A DNA stretch of 64,000 nucleotides from Octopus bimaculoides (Eukaryota), in the NCBI RefSeq assembly GCF_001194135.2, contig NC_068984.1, positions 120,327,933 through 120,391,932 of the forward strand, written 5' to 3'. A model generated the notes under the pieces. It was not told where the DNA came from and searched no databases. It saw only the letters and a program-made list of their open reading frames with translations. A program made the translations under genes and the position numbers. Below are positions 23,801-37,380 of this stretch, piece by piece; the first letter of the stretch is position 1; every line of letters starts with the position of its first letter.

Positions 23801-24892
23801 ATATATCAAACAGTTGGCTATATGTGCTCTTTGTAAAAGATGCGTACAGCCACACAACTGTTTGTTGTATGCATGTGTGTGTATGTATGAATGTATGTAC
23901 GTTTGTGTATGTTATCTAATCTTCCAACTTAATTTAGTGTTTTTTTCCTTGGCGTGTGTTAAGTAAGCTGCATAATAAACGAATTTATTTGAAAAATTGC
24001 TCATTAATATATTCCTTTCTTTTTTTCGACGATATTTCGCTTAGAGACAAGAATATTATAAAAAATAAAACAAGATCAAACTATTAATCTGTTATTTATG
24101 ATGATTTTAATATGCGAATTCCTCATTCATTTGAAAGTGAGTAAGGAAGAGATAATAGAAAGAATATAAAAAAAAAACGAGGAATATGCATTCAAGAAAC
24201 GAATCCTTTATATATATNNNNNNNNNNNNNNNNNNNNNNNNNNNNNNNNNNNNNNNNNNNNNNNNNNNNNNNNNNNNNNNNNNNNNNNNNNNNNNNNNNN
24301 NNNNNNNNNNNNNNNNNNNNNNNNNNNNNNNNNNNNNNNNNNNNNNNNNNNNNNNNNNNNNNNNNNNNNNNNNNNNNNNNNNNNNNNNNNNNNNNNNNNN
24401 NNNNNNNNNNNNNNNNNNNNNNNNNNNNNNNNNNNNNNNNNNNNNNNNNNNNNNNNNNNNNNNNNNNNNNNNNNNNNNNNNNNNNNNNNNNNNNNNNNNN
24501 NNNNNNNNNNNNNNNNNNNNNNNNNNNNNNNNNNNNNNNNNNNNNNNNNNNNNNNNNNNNNNNNNNNNNNNNNNNNNNNNNNNNNNNNNNNNNNNNNNNN
24601 NNNNNNNNNNNNNNNNNNNNNNNNNNNNNNNNNNNNNNNNNNNNNNNNNNNNNNNNNNNNNNNNNNNNNNNNNNNNNNNNNNNNNNNNNNNNNNNNNNNN
24701 NNNNNNNNNNNNNNNNNNNNNNNNNNNNNNNNNNNNNNNNNNNATATATGTGATATATGATATGTATGTGTTTGCTTTTATGTCGAGTTAAAATTAAAAC
24801 AATTTTACGTTAAACTCAATACTTTTTGAAGAGTACATATTCTTTAAGCAAGAATAGTGTTGACAGTGACTTCGATGTTTCAGCCTGCTTCA

Positions 24893-24925
<33 letters not shown>

Positions 24926-27300
24926 ATTGTTATCTCGTCAGGTGCGAGATGGAAATCATCGCACTAGCTGGATCCCACTGTTGAAGATTCCTTGTGCCTG
25001 CTGTGTTAAGGGATGGGAATGTTGTAACCAAACATTAAGAAACATCAACTAAGGAAGAGAATGGAGGGAAAAACATTAGCGCTTGCCTGCAAAAATTATA
25101 TAAGATTTCTTCGAGATGATCTAAACGCTTAATTAATTATCAATTAACTCAGAATCGAACTTGTATTCAAAACGATGACAATCTTATAATCTGTTCTAAG
25201 ATATAAAATTTAACAGGTCCTTTTAATCCGTCTCTCACTCAAATTGTAATAAAATTAAGTGAATGAAATTACACACACACATATGATATATTTTGTTATC
25301 GTTTGAAACCCATATAAGGCCTAACCTAGCAGAGTTGTGATCGAAGACATTCCGGTTGTGACCATCTCGTCGTTCTTTAATATGTTGGTTATTTTGTACA
25401 TTATCCAGTGTGTTTGCTTTTTTTCCCCTACTAAAGACGTTAAAGTGTAATTTGAAGTAGTTTTGGATGCATAGAGGCTCCGTGGTTTGGTACTGTGTGT
25501 GTATGTTTCTTAGTCGGGCGAATGAACTCCCTGGCAGTCCGTAACTGGGATTCCATTTCACACTTCATTTGCTACGATGAAAACCAGGCATCAATGTTAC
25601 TTCATATTATTTCCTCTACCAATAAGTAAACTGTAGCTAAATCGGCCCATATTTTTTATTTTAAATAATTAAAGTAGAAGATACAATATATTTGTAATTG
25701 TCAACCATTTACTTCATCTATACGGGAAAGATATGTTCAGGGGAAAGCTAATACTGCGTTCCCCCACTTAGTCAACTAGTTGAATCGCTTTGACAAATAG
25801 GACTGCGAAACTGAGTTACGACGGAATGTATGTGGAACTTTGAATTAACCAATGTATTCTTCCCCCTTTTTTTAAAGGTAAAGGGTATGATTCTTGGGAA
25901 ATTTGGTTATTTTTAGTTTGTCCAGCGATCACGCACACGCGCGTAATACTAATACAAACATTAAGTATCATCCCTGTCTATCTATCTATGTTTGCCTCTT
26001 TGTGTCTGTCTACTGCTATACACTCACACATGTACACATACATTGCACATGTATGTGTATATTTGTAATGAGTATATCTGCATGTAAGGGACAGAATTGC
26101 ACGTATGCAGCATGTATGAGTATAGATATGTTTGTGATTGTATATGCATTTCTATCTAAATGCGCATCTAACTAACTATCTATCTATCTTTGCATATCTA
26201 TATGTCTGTATGTACACACACACACACACACACACGTATATATATATATAATGCGAGATACATAGATTTGCAAGATTATTATTATGTTTTTTAATGTTAG
26301 CAATGTCCATCCATTATCGACTTTTCCCCTGATGGTCATCATCTCATCTTCCAATAAAAATGGTTGCCAAGAAACAAGTCATGTCATACGCCCAGCCAGC
26401 CGACCAACTAGCCAACCTGTCAGTCTGCCAGTCACCGGCCGGGAAGATGAGTGAAGAGAAAATAGAACGTATAATGAGGACCGTAAATTGTCACAATTAT
26501 TTCTAATAGTTCAGGCTACTGAAATAGCTAGTGTAGATATATGTGGTGGGTTATAATTAAAACTCGTGTATGTATAGTACAACTCCAGCAGATATTTACT
26601 ATATCAGCAGGGAGGAGAGCAAGAGGAAAGAAAGAAAGAAAAAATAAAGCAGAAACCGGTACTTGCTATTATGTTCCTTTCCTTTCTGCAAAATTTTATC
26701 TAATCAGTGGTATTTTTTTTTCTTTTTAAGATATAAATGCTATAATTATGGTAATTTTACGATTATATCAATAAATATAATATAAATACAATATCTGCTG
26801 GTGTAGTCGACCAACACTGTTTCTATGGGGTCTGATTTTTTTTTCTTTTGTTTTTTTCAATAATAATTACGTGCACTTCATATCGCGAATCTTTGGAGGT
26901 TTGCGAGCTGTATATGTTCGTTCAACCTGCTGAAAATAACAGCCAAATCTCCCTCAAATCATACCCTGTCGTCTTTGAAAAAAAGAAAAAGAAAGCAAAA
27001 GCATTGGTTACTGTAGCCCCAGACGAAATGGTCACAGCTGTTATGTCTTCATCATGTAGTTCTACTCATTCAAGATTGACCTAGGTCAAACCAACCACAA
27101 ATAGCCTCATGTTATCTAGTCTTCTTACCGAATTTCGCACGTCCGTCTGCCTTTCGTTCCCATTCCCTCCTCGTCTATTTCAATTCTATAATTCTCTGCT
27201 TACATCAGCATTGCATTTCTTCCTGTGTTAAGTAGATATAATTAATCTCTCTGAATTAACGTCTTAAAATAACTCTTCAAGTTCCCCTATTAATATTTTA
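20850..27300. promoter_or_regulatory. CpG-retaining, TE-poor island, probable unmethylated promoter region
   Basis: Visibly frequent CG dinucleotides (for example 22141-22620) relative to the flanks; few and CpG-retaining SINE copies; motifs TGACGTAA (about 21798) and ACGCATGCGT (22251-22260). Judged by eye; CpG o/e was not computed. Confidence 0.65.
22140..22354 (+). other. probable non-coding first exon of a + strand host gene (start position uncertain)
   Basis: Consensus donor CCG|GTAAGT at 22354/22355, CpG-dense context, and an NRF-1-like palindrome ACGCATGCGT. Confidence 0.55.
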
Positions 27301-27375
27301 ACTGGGAAGACTGCACAACCCTATGTATGTATGTATGTATGTATGCAATGTATATTAAGTATGTATGTTTATGTA

Positions 27376-27494
<119 letters not shown>

Positions 27495-30128
27495 GCATAT
27501 ATATATAAGATATATATATATGTTAAGGTATGGATGTAATGTATGCTATAAATGTGTGTATATCTTTGAGAATGTAATATGCGTAATGTATATATGTATG
27601 TAAGATAATTTATGTGCACCTATGCATATGTATGTGATATATATATATACATATTTATATATTGTATATGTGTCTATGTATGTATGAATAAATATATGCA
27701 TGTATATATGTGTGTAATATATGTATGTGCTTATGTCTGTATGCATATACATTGTGTGTAAATTTTCCTAAATGCATTGTTGCTGAAAGAATGTAAAAAC
27801 TAACAATTGGAAAATATTAACTTCTTTGCTCACACCTGCTTTATTTTTTATTCACCCATGCATCACATGAAAGATTATAATAAGATAAAGTTGCCTTTCC
27901 CTTCTATACAAGTTTGTATAAAGTTTTTTTTCTTTATATATCAGTTTATATGTTAATCATTTTTTTTATTTCCAAAAAAAATTATTAAAAAAAACTTGTT
28001 GGACACCAATCTCATTATTGCTGTTGTTAGAGCCATCATCATCACCATCACCATCATCATCACCCCCCCCCCCATCACTATGGTATTTTTTCAAATATTG
28101 TGATGAATATTTATGATAGTGAGGGACAGCTGCAATTAAATGCAACTTTAAATTATAATCTTTTTCCTATTTATAGAATAATGTCTGCAAAAGTAGGCAC
28201 CAACTAATCAACCCCTCACCCCATCACCCAATAAAAGAAAAATCTGATTTTATTGTTGATTTCTTCTGATGTCATTTTTGTCATATGATGCTTGATGGTT
28301 ACTAAAAGAATTTTCCAGGCTTTCTACATATATTATACTTGTACTGCTGTATAAACTGCAGTCTTGGATCTACAACTGTATTTTCATTCTTCCAGTCTTT
28401 CATTCTTTCAATTCTGCTTTTTTCACTCAATCTCTTTTCCTAATTTTTGTTTTTATTTGATTATTTTTTGTTTTGTTTTAAAAATTCTTGTTACATAGAA
28501 ATCTTTTCTTTCATTTAGAAAAAACTGTAGAACTCGTAAAAATGCTATAAAAAAAAATTCAATGATAGTTTTTTTTTGTTTTTTGCTTTACATTTATAGT
28601 GTCGCTATGCGACAAAGTGGGAGAGTTGCTTAATGTTTATGAGACTAATGACTGAAAAAACCCAGAAAAGTCATTAAATACTCTTTAATTAGAAGATTAC
28701 AGGCCTTTGTTCATATGCGTGTATCAGAAACATTTTCACTTTGGCAATATTCCAGTGCATGATTTTGCAACAGATCAAACTAGGAATCAAGGAATTTCAT
28801 CTTAAACTCCCAACCCTGTTATTTGCTTATTTTATGGAGAAACACATAAGCATTTCAGGTTTGGAATTTCTAAAAGACTGAATTAGAATTTGAACATTTA
28901 GGAAACATTTAAATTTGAAACTTCTGTTAGTCTGAAAGCATTTAAAAATTTAGGGTATAGAATGAATCTCAGTTGTTTTGATGTAGTTGATGTTTTTATT
29001 TGATAACATTTAATGTTTTCTTTGGAATTTAATGTTTATTCAGTTTTTAGCAAATAAATGATACATTTATTTATCTTTTTCTATCATTTATGTTAATCCC
29101 TAGGAGAAATATCATTGCTGTTTTCGTGATAGGTTTACATTATTTTCACTAGATTTTATAATGTTAAACAGCATGACGAAAAAAAACATGCTGTTTTGCA
29201 CAAAACTGATAGCAGGAGAGAAAAAAATTCCTTTACTTATGGTTGAAATGTTAATACTGATCTGCTGAGATGTTAGGAGTAAATTTATGAGTAGTTTTCT
29301 TTTAAAGAGCACCCCCTACTTAACATAGATAAGTTTTTAGAGACCATAGTATACTCCCTACTAAGAAAACTAATTTTGCCTACACCCATTCATGATTCTG
29401 TAAAAATATTTGCTAGCATTGGCATGGTGCAGCAGAGCAAGGCTAAATGGGTTTCAGTATGCAGGTTTGGCCATATATTTGCGCTCAAATCTTCTATCGA
29501 TTTAACCTCTCTCTCTGCGATCAATAAATTTTAAGTACCAACTATATACTGAGGGATGGGGGTTTGAGACTTCTTCACTTGATTTTACTGATTGCTCTGT
29601 AAATTTCTGGTGTTGTGTCTATATAACTCATAATTTGTTATTTTATAAAGTATTTTAAAGTGCTTCTGTGTCAGCTATTTTTTACCTTTATGTTAGTATG
29701 TCTTAAATGAATGATTTCATCATGAATTGAATGATTCAGACTGAAAAATCTAGGACTAGATTATTCACTTGAATGACCATGTAGAATCTCCTTTGATGTT
29801 TTATAAGAAGTAGAATTATTGTTTGTTTTTGCTGTTTAAGATATTTATGAAATATTTTGTGTGGAGGACTCTTATAAACAAATAATTCTTTTAAAATTTA
29901 GCTCAAGGCCAACAGTTTTGAGGTGGGGATGGCAATTGCATCAACCCCAGTGTTCTGTTGGTACTTATTTTATTGACTGTGAAAGGATGAAAGGCAAAGT
30001 TGACCTTGGCAGAATTTGAACTCAGAAAGAAAAGAGCTGGAAGAAATGCCACTAAGCATTTTGTCCATGCTAATGATTCTACCAGCTCATTTGCCTTATA
30101 AACAACAACAACAACAACAACAACAATA

Positions 30129-30161
<33 letters not shown>

Positions 30162-30222
30162 GTGATACTAATTTCTAACAGGTGCAAGGCTTTGTTTTTG
30201 AGGGGTAGTATAGTTGATTTAA

Positions 30223-30444
30223 CTCTGTCATTTCCCTATTTCTGTTGAAATACACTGTCTTTGTTTCAATTCATTTTGAAAATAACAAAGAATTTATTAA
30301 AATAACTTTGTCCTGGTTAAGATGTTGTTTAGAACATAGATCAACACGAAATATTGATGGAAGGTTTTAACTAAGATCATTTTAAAACAGGGAGTTTGTA
30401 TCATTGAGTCAGGGGTGGTCTCAGGTGGGTTGGTATCTAAAGGG
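30223..30444. mobile_element. MITE family H, reverse orientation relative to 3381
   Basis: TTAA at 30219-30222 and 30445-30448; terminus ..TATCTAAAGGG. Confidence 0.8.
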
Positions 30445-31432
30445 TTAATAGAAAACCAGTATGTGATAGGAACTTTATTTTATCAATGTCACCCAGAAGA
30501 ATGAAAGTCAAAGTTCACCTTGGTATGACTTCAACGCAGAAAGCAAAAAGAAATAACTAAAGACTGTAAGAAGCATATTATTAGTCACTCTACCAAGTCT
30601 GTCAATTCACAGCTCATATTATTAATAATATTTATGGAGGAAAATACAACATGAATTTTCATGATGTGAATATGAGCTTGTTTGGGCAAGCATCAGAATT
30701 CTATTTCCTTTACTTCAGTATTATCAGGGGAGGTGATCTATGATGCAACTGGCAATTAGATTCATTACAAGGGTTATTTGAGAGGTATTATTAAGTAACA
30801 TTGAACTGCTTTTGTGGTAGTTCTCTCTCTCTTATCAAAACATTTTGACATTTGTCTGTTACTTCATTTCCTTTTAGTCATTTCATCTGCAGGGGGTGTT
30901 CCTTGTAACATGCGGATTTCTCTAGAACTGGAAATGTGTATGGGATGAGTCAATTTTTATGTGGTTAATACAGAACTCTGAAGAAGGCTTGGTAATGCTT
31001 AGCAGACGTTCACAGTGAGTGGTGTGTGTGTGTNNNNNNNNNNGTGAAAGTAAAATAAAAAAAAAAGAGAAAGTAAAAGAGATGTGCAGTTCTAAACAAA
31101 AGACTATATGTTTGATGTAGTGCATGAATAGCTAGACCATGGAGAGAAGACATGTAAAAAATAAAAAGCTGGATATATCAAGCAGTTGAAAGAGCTTGTA
31201 AGAATAGATTACAGTATGAAGATCAATCCATAAGAAATCGTTATTGTTGTTGTTTGTTGTTTGTTGTTTAGCCCTTGCCCAGACTTGATTTAGAAGACCT
31301 ATGATCAGAAGTGTTCTAGTCATGATCAGCCTGTATTTAAAAGAGATTTTTAGGCATCATTTATCTATTGTTACATTGTCCTATGTAATTTGTCTGCAGG
31401 GAAGCAGAATGATAAGACTGGGTATAATTTAA

Positions 31433-31848
31433 CCCATTTGTTACTATATTTCAAAAGAAATACACTGTTATTTTTTTAAAATTAATTTTGTAAGTGCTGC
31501 ATTAAAAGCACTGGTGCTGGTTCCACATAAAAAGTACCCTATACACTCTGGTGTTAGAAAGGGCATCCAGCTGTAGAAACCATACCAGAATAGACAATGT
31601 AGCTTAGTGTGGCCCCTGGCCTTACCAGCTCTGGTCAAACCTTTCAACCCATGCCAGCATGAAAAACAGACGTTAAATGATGATGATGATGATGATTACT
31701 AAAATAATTTTGTCATTTTCAAGCTGGTGTTTGGAACATAAATTAACATGAAATAAATTTTGATAGAAGATTTTAATCTAGATCATTTAAATTAATGATT
31801 TGTATCATAGAACCAGGGTAGGTTTCAGGTAGGTTGATATCAAAAGAG
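31433..31848. mobile_element. MITE family H with an RTE-tail SINE inserted (about 31495-31697)
   Basis: TTAA at 31429-31432 and 31849-31852; the insert ends GACGTTAAAT(GAT)n. Confidence 0.75.
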
Positions 31849-32914
31849 TTAAGGGAAATTCAGTTGCTATTTCTAGCCAGTCAACTAACTGTAAAGCTTC
31901 TTCAATGATCAGACGGAATTCAAATGAAGGAAATAAGCGAAATTTTTCTCACAGCTAAAAGCAAATAAATAAATAAGTAAATTATATAAACTAAAACATA
32001 AAGTTTCCATTTTGTTTCATATTCTAAATGTCATCAATTAGTCAGAGTGAAAACTCAAATCTTTGTCTCTAGAGATAAAGAAAATTCCGGAAGATGTCCT
32101 TGGCTACATTAAGATTTTTAGCATATGTAATGTGTAGTGTTTAACTTCCTTGAAGTTTGCTGACCTTCAGATGTGGTTGCATTTCTTCCTTAAAATAACA
32201 GTACTGTGAAATTATTCATAATGGTTTTGTTGTTCATGTAACCACATTTCAAAAAGTATGAATTAATTATCCTTTAATGTCATATATATATATATATATA
32301 TATGTAATTGGAATTTCATTCTCTTTGAACATACAAGGTCTTGTTATTTTTATTTTCTGTGTCAGTTGTAGTGAATAGTTTAGTTTTGTGTCTCTGCTAG
32401 ATATTATTGATTATAGGCATGGCTTTGTGGATGAGAAGTTGCTTTCAAATACACAGTTTGAAGTTCAATCCTACTGTGTGTTATCTTGAGCTCCTGGCTT
32501 ACCAAAACCTTGTGAGTAGATTTCATAGGCAGAAACTGGAAGAAGCTCATTGTATTTGTATATGTGTGTGTAAATATGTATTAATTACAATACTCACACA
32601 TACACATGTACATACAGGCATGCATGCATACATACACACATACATACATACATACATATGAGTTTGTGCTTTTTTTTTTTGTATTAACATTGTGCAATAG
32701 TTGTAAATGAGTATTGCTGCCATACAGGTGATGTTTTCCAGTCTTCTGTGAAGACATGTCCAGCCCTGGGAAAATATCACCTTGCTTGGGAACAGGTGAG
32801 GGTTGGTGACTGGAAGGGCATCTGACCATAGAAAATCTACCTCAATAAATTCCATCTGACCCTTGGACATTAAAACAACGATGACAATGATGATGAAGAT
32901 GATGATGAACAGTT

Positions 32915-33053
32915 ATATGGAGTTTCCTTCTCAACTACATGGTTTCAGGTTCAGTCCCACTATGTGGGACCTTTGGCAAGTGTCTTCTGCTATAGCCTCA
33001 GGCTGACCAAAGTCTTGTGAGTGGATTTGGTGACAGAAACTGAAAGAAGCACG

Positions 33054-33092
<39 letters not shown>

Positions 33093-33322
33093 CACACACA
33101 CACAAATTTATATGTGTATATCTATGTGTGTGTGTGTGTCTTTGTATCTGTGTTTGTTCCCCCATCACTGCTTGACAACCGGTTCAGCAAAAGAGACTGA
33201 CAGAGTAAGTACTAGGCTTATTTTAAGTCCTGAGGTTGATTCGTTTGACTGAAACCCTTCAAGGCAGTGCTCCAGCATGGCCACAATCAAATGACTGAAA
33301 CAAGTAAAAGACTAAAAGAATA
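32915..33322 (+). mobile_element. SINE family A
   Basis: GGTTCAGTCCCAC head, (TA)(CA)(TG) centre and GACTGAAACAAGTAAAAGAC tail. Confidence 0.85.
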
Positions 33323-33856
33323 AACTGTCATCTTCTGTTGTTGATTTAAACTTTCCTTTTTGTTCTGTTTTGATTTTTGATATATTGTCCATAAACTAAA
33401 TACTCACCACAGCTGAAAGTAGGAAATACCAGCTTGTCACTGTCTAACAGGACATTCTGAACATGCACCAAACAGAGGTCTAAACAACATTATTAAATGT
33501 AACTATTATATTACATCGTACATTATTAGCAACTTGATGTGTCAGTCTTTTGACGATAGTCTTTGACATGCATCAGAAATTTATGTCAATGACTTTTAAT
33601 ATTGTTTGTTAGATTAGTTTTTTTGCTAAAGGAGGCACTATAAGGCTGGTAAAATCTCAAGAATGATTTTTCTTGTACTTGTTTCGGTCATTAGACTACA
33701 ACAGTGCTGGGGTACTGCCTTGAAGGGTTTACTTGAACAAAACAACCCCAGTAAACAAACCAACTCTGGTTGTCAAACTGTAGAGCGGGAGCAGACAAAC
33801 ACAGACACAAGGACGTGTGCACACACATATACATGCACACACTCACACCCACACAC

Positions 33857-34078
33857 ACGAGTGGGGTGCTGAAAGGTTCCTGGCTTTGGGTAAAAGAAAA
33901 TACAGGAGGGTCAGCTAATTATGATTTTATTCAAATTTATTCCCCTCTCAGATTCACGCACTTATTGCCGTGGTCCTTCAGTTTTTCTAAGCCCTGTAAC
34001 ACAACTCGAAAAGTTGGACCTCAAACCAGGCCTTGCATGATGCCCTTTAAGCTAGGAACTTTTCCACCCTACTTTGTA
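33857..34078 (-). mobile_element. short mariner deletion derivative inserted in the central tract of a minus-strand SINE A
   Basis: Imperfect TIRs CGAGTGGGGTGCTGAAAGGTTCCTGGCT / AGCTAGGAACTTTTCCACCCTACTTTGTA. The reverse complement of the interior (..GGCAATAAGTGCGTGAATCTGAGAGGGGAATAAATTTGAATAA) resembles the mariner C-terminal KCVxxxGEYxE coding end. SINE A tail lies to the left and head to the right. Confidence 0.7.
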
Positions 34079-34979
34079 TATATAGTGGCATCCTTATGAT
34101 GGGCTTCTATCTATAAAACACTGCCTAGCTTGGAGTTATAGTAGAAAACACTCGCTCAAGGTGCTGTGCAGTGAGACTGAATGTGACACTGTGTAGTTGC
34201 AAAATGAGCTTCTTAATCATACAGCCATGTTTGCACCTATCTTAACCACACAAAAACACAATATTGTTAGAGTACTTAGATACATGAGTCTTTTCTATAG
34301 ATTACACATTTTGGAAAGGTGTATAGTGTAGTTGAGCAAATCCTTGTATCTTGCGTCAGCACAAGAAAATGTATGCAGACATAGAAATGGCAATGATGAC
34401 TTCATATTTGAGTTTCACTTTATATCAGCTATGCCATTGTCATAATTTGTTGTATTTCTTATGCCATTGTACAATTAATGTATAATGACAAGTGTGTCAC
34501 CGTGATTGGTTTGTGAGGAAGTTTGATATTTTAGTACAGTCTGCTCACGTGATAATATTGTGGCCTACATTTTCTCAGATATTTTCGTGGGCGATATGAC
34601 ATTGTATTTATCATTCCACACCCTTGAAATATTTGTCTATATTGCAAATGATTTTTTATCTTACACAGTATGATATGTTGAGATTATGACGATGATATTA
34701 AAAAGTACTGTGTATATTACTGTAATTATTTTATTTTCAAATCAATGCTTCTCTTTTTGAGCTTTCTTGGCGTCTCTAAATGTCAATTTCTCAGTTGCAT
34801 AACAAGTTGCTTTGTGTATAAGAATTATGTATACATACACCACATATATACACGCGAATATATATAGACACACACACACACATGAATTTTAGTTGAATGA
34901 ATCAACCCTGCCATTTATTGTTTTTTTAAGCCTGGTACTTATTCTGTCAGTTTCTTTTGTTGAACTGCTTAGTTAAGAG

Positions 34980-35396
34980 GACATAAACACATTAACAGCA
35001 GTTGTTAAGTGGGGGTGGTGGATACAAACACACATGCACACACACACACACACGCACACACACACACACACTTGATCAACAAATACACCACCTGTACACC
35101 CCATACTACCAATCTCACCCCAGCCACCACTGGTCTGGTTTGACCATCCAGCATCCACTGGCAGTTTGGTTCCACTATTCAACTTTCATGTTATAAACTG
35201 GCTACCCTTATTAAAACCTGCTCACACACAAATACAGAAGGATCAGCATGGCAACACTACAGCCTCCCACTGACAAACATGTCTACCCAGTATGTACACA
35301 CAGATGAAATTAACACTTTATGCAACACACATATATGCACACAAAAACACCTATTTATCTACACACACACATACATGTACAAATGTTAACCATTTT

Positions 35397-35442
<46 letters not shown>

Positions 35443-36379
35443 CAACAAAGTGTGCATGTACATTCACATGCGAAAAACTCATACATTAAAACTAGACACA
35501 CACATACAAGCCTACATGAGCTATTCACCCACATGCGTACACTAACATGCTTAGAAAAGTGTACACAAACATTAACCACTTTCATTCACATGCCCATAAA
35601 CTAACACAAATTGCACATATATAGTCTCATATAAGCATTCACACATGCACAAAATACAGTAAACTCAAATCTCTCATAGCACTTGTATGTACACATTGAT
35701 GTGACGAAGCTATACTCACATAAGCCAGTACGATAAATCACACACATTTAGTAACATAAACAAGCATACAGATATAGACACCATACCCAGACCTAAATAC
35801 ATCCATACATCTATACTGTCGTGCAACAAACTGATGTACTCACATGAACAATGATAAACACATAAGAAAGCACATATACCTACACACACTCTGCTACCTT
35901 GTAACCTGTGACAGTAATCAAATGTTTTGCTTTAAACTTTTATTTTACTTGTATGTCTTTGAATAGCCAATTATTAAGCAATACATGGACACAAGCATCT
36001 ACATACAAACACACATTCGTACACATGCATACATGCACAAATTCAAACATACACATACACACACAAGCACTTATGTATGCACGTAGCCAATAACATGGTA
36101 TAAAATCTATACTCACACTCCCACAAACTAATAAACACATGTTTTTGCTTCATAAATCACACAATAAATATACACATACAAAATTACTCTCACTCTTGCT
36201 TCTTTCTTGTCATTTAAACCAAGAAACATTCACACATACACACGCATACTTATGTAGACAACAAGACAATTCCACAGTCCTCTATATAATAAACACATAC
36301 TCACATATCAATACACACATGCCTGCTATTCAGTATAAGATAATTTTATAACCTTAGCATAACATACACTAACCTCCAA

Positions 36380-36420
<41 letters not shown>

Positions 36421-37085
36421 ATATATGTAAAAATATACATATACATATTGAGGTGTGTAAGGTATACAGATGTGTGTTAAAGTATACATATATATACCTT
36501 AACATAACATAACACTCAAATATACCCACATTTCCACACAAATACAAGCATACTATAATCATAAATCAAATACACATGTACTTGTAAACCATACATGCTT
36601 ACACACATGCTCTCTCTCTCTCTCTCTCTCTCTGTCACACACACACACACACACACACACAAATTGGTACTGGTTGTAAAACCAATGACATTTATTAATC
36701 AAAACCAACCTCTTCTTCCAACCCTGTACAATTCACACGCCTCACCATTTACAAATATACAGATGAGTGTACGTAAGCACACACTCAGGCACAAACATTG
36801 ATTACCTACATAAACGTCTTTGATGATTTACAGTCAGCAGGAATTTTATATATTTATGGTACCCAAGAGACACTGCTACCTGGTTCAAACTAAACACATA
36901 CATATGCATACACTCCCATGATTTAATTTCCCCTGGGTCAATAGCTATTCCTGCTAGACATACTGAAACAGACAGCTCATCCCTAAAGCCCTAAGGCTGA
37001 TTGCCAATAAATATATCCACTCTGCCTTCTATATGCATCAAGTAATCATTTAAGCCATGGTCTTTCTGGCCCTCTACCAGTAATA

Positions 37086-37120
<35 letters not shown>
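34980..37120. repeat. about 2 kb degenerate CA-rich low-complexity region with embedded (CA)n and (CT)n
   Basis: Strong A/C bias on the + strand and repeated ACAC/CATAC motifs. Confidence 0.85.
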
Positions 37121-37122
<2 letters not shown>

Positions 37123-37380
37123 TATAATCTTTGTTTTTACATTTGCTTTTTCTATGGTAGCATAGGTTGAATGAGAGTAATAATGACTGGATGCCTTCCC
37201 TGTTTCCAACCCTTGTTTTCCAAGTAAAGTATTTCTCTTTATCCCACTGGTATTCAAACAGAATCAAACCACCAAGTATAGGGTTGATTACTAATAAACA
37301 CTGTATCGCTCCATCTGTCTACTTACATGTCTTCTGCCTACCTGTTTATCTGCCTGTCTATCTGTCTCTATATATCTACA

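Noticed and set aside
25235-25561. 108-aa non-repetitive-looking minus-strand ORF with donor AG|GTTAGG
   Set aside because: Most of it aligns by eye to repeat family J (CAAATTACAC..CACTGGATAATGTA..GATGGTCACAACCGGAATG), also seen at 10150-10380, 21080-21310 and 26880-27110. It starts at GTG just after a stop.
28598-32130. Possible + strand exons after acceptors at about 28598, 29143, 30891 and 32070
   Set aside because: Each hits stops or lacks a credible donor, and no recognisable peptide results.
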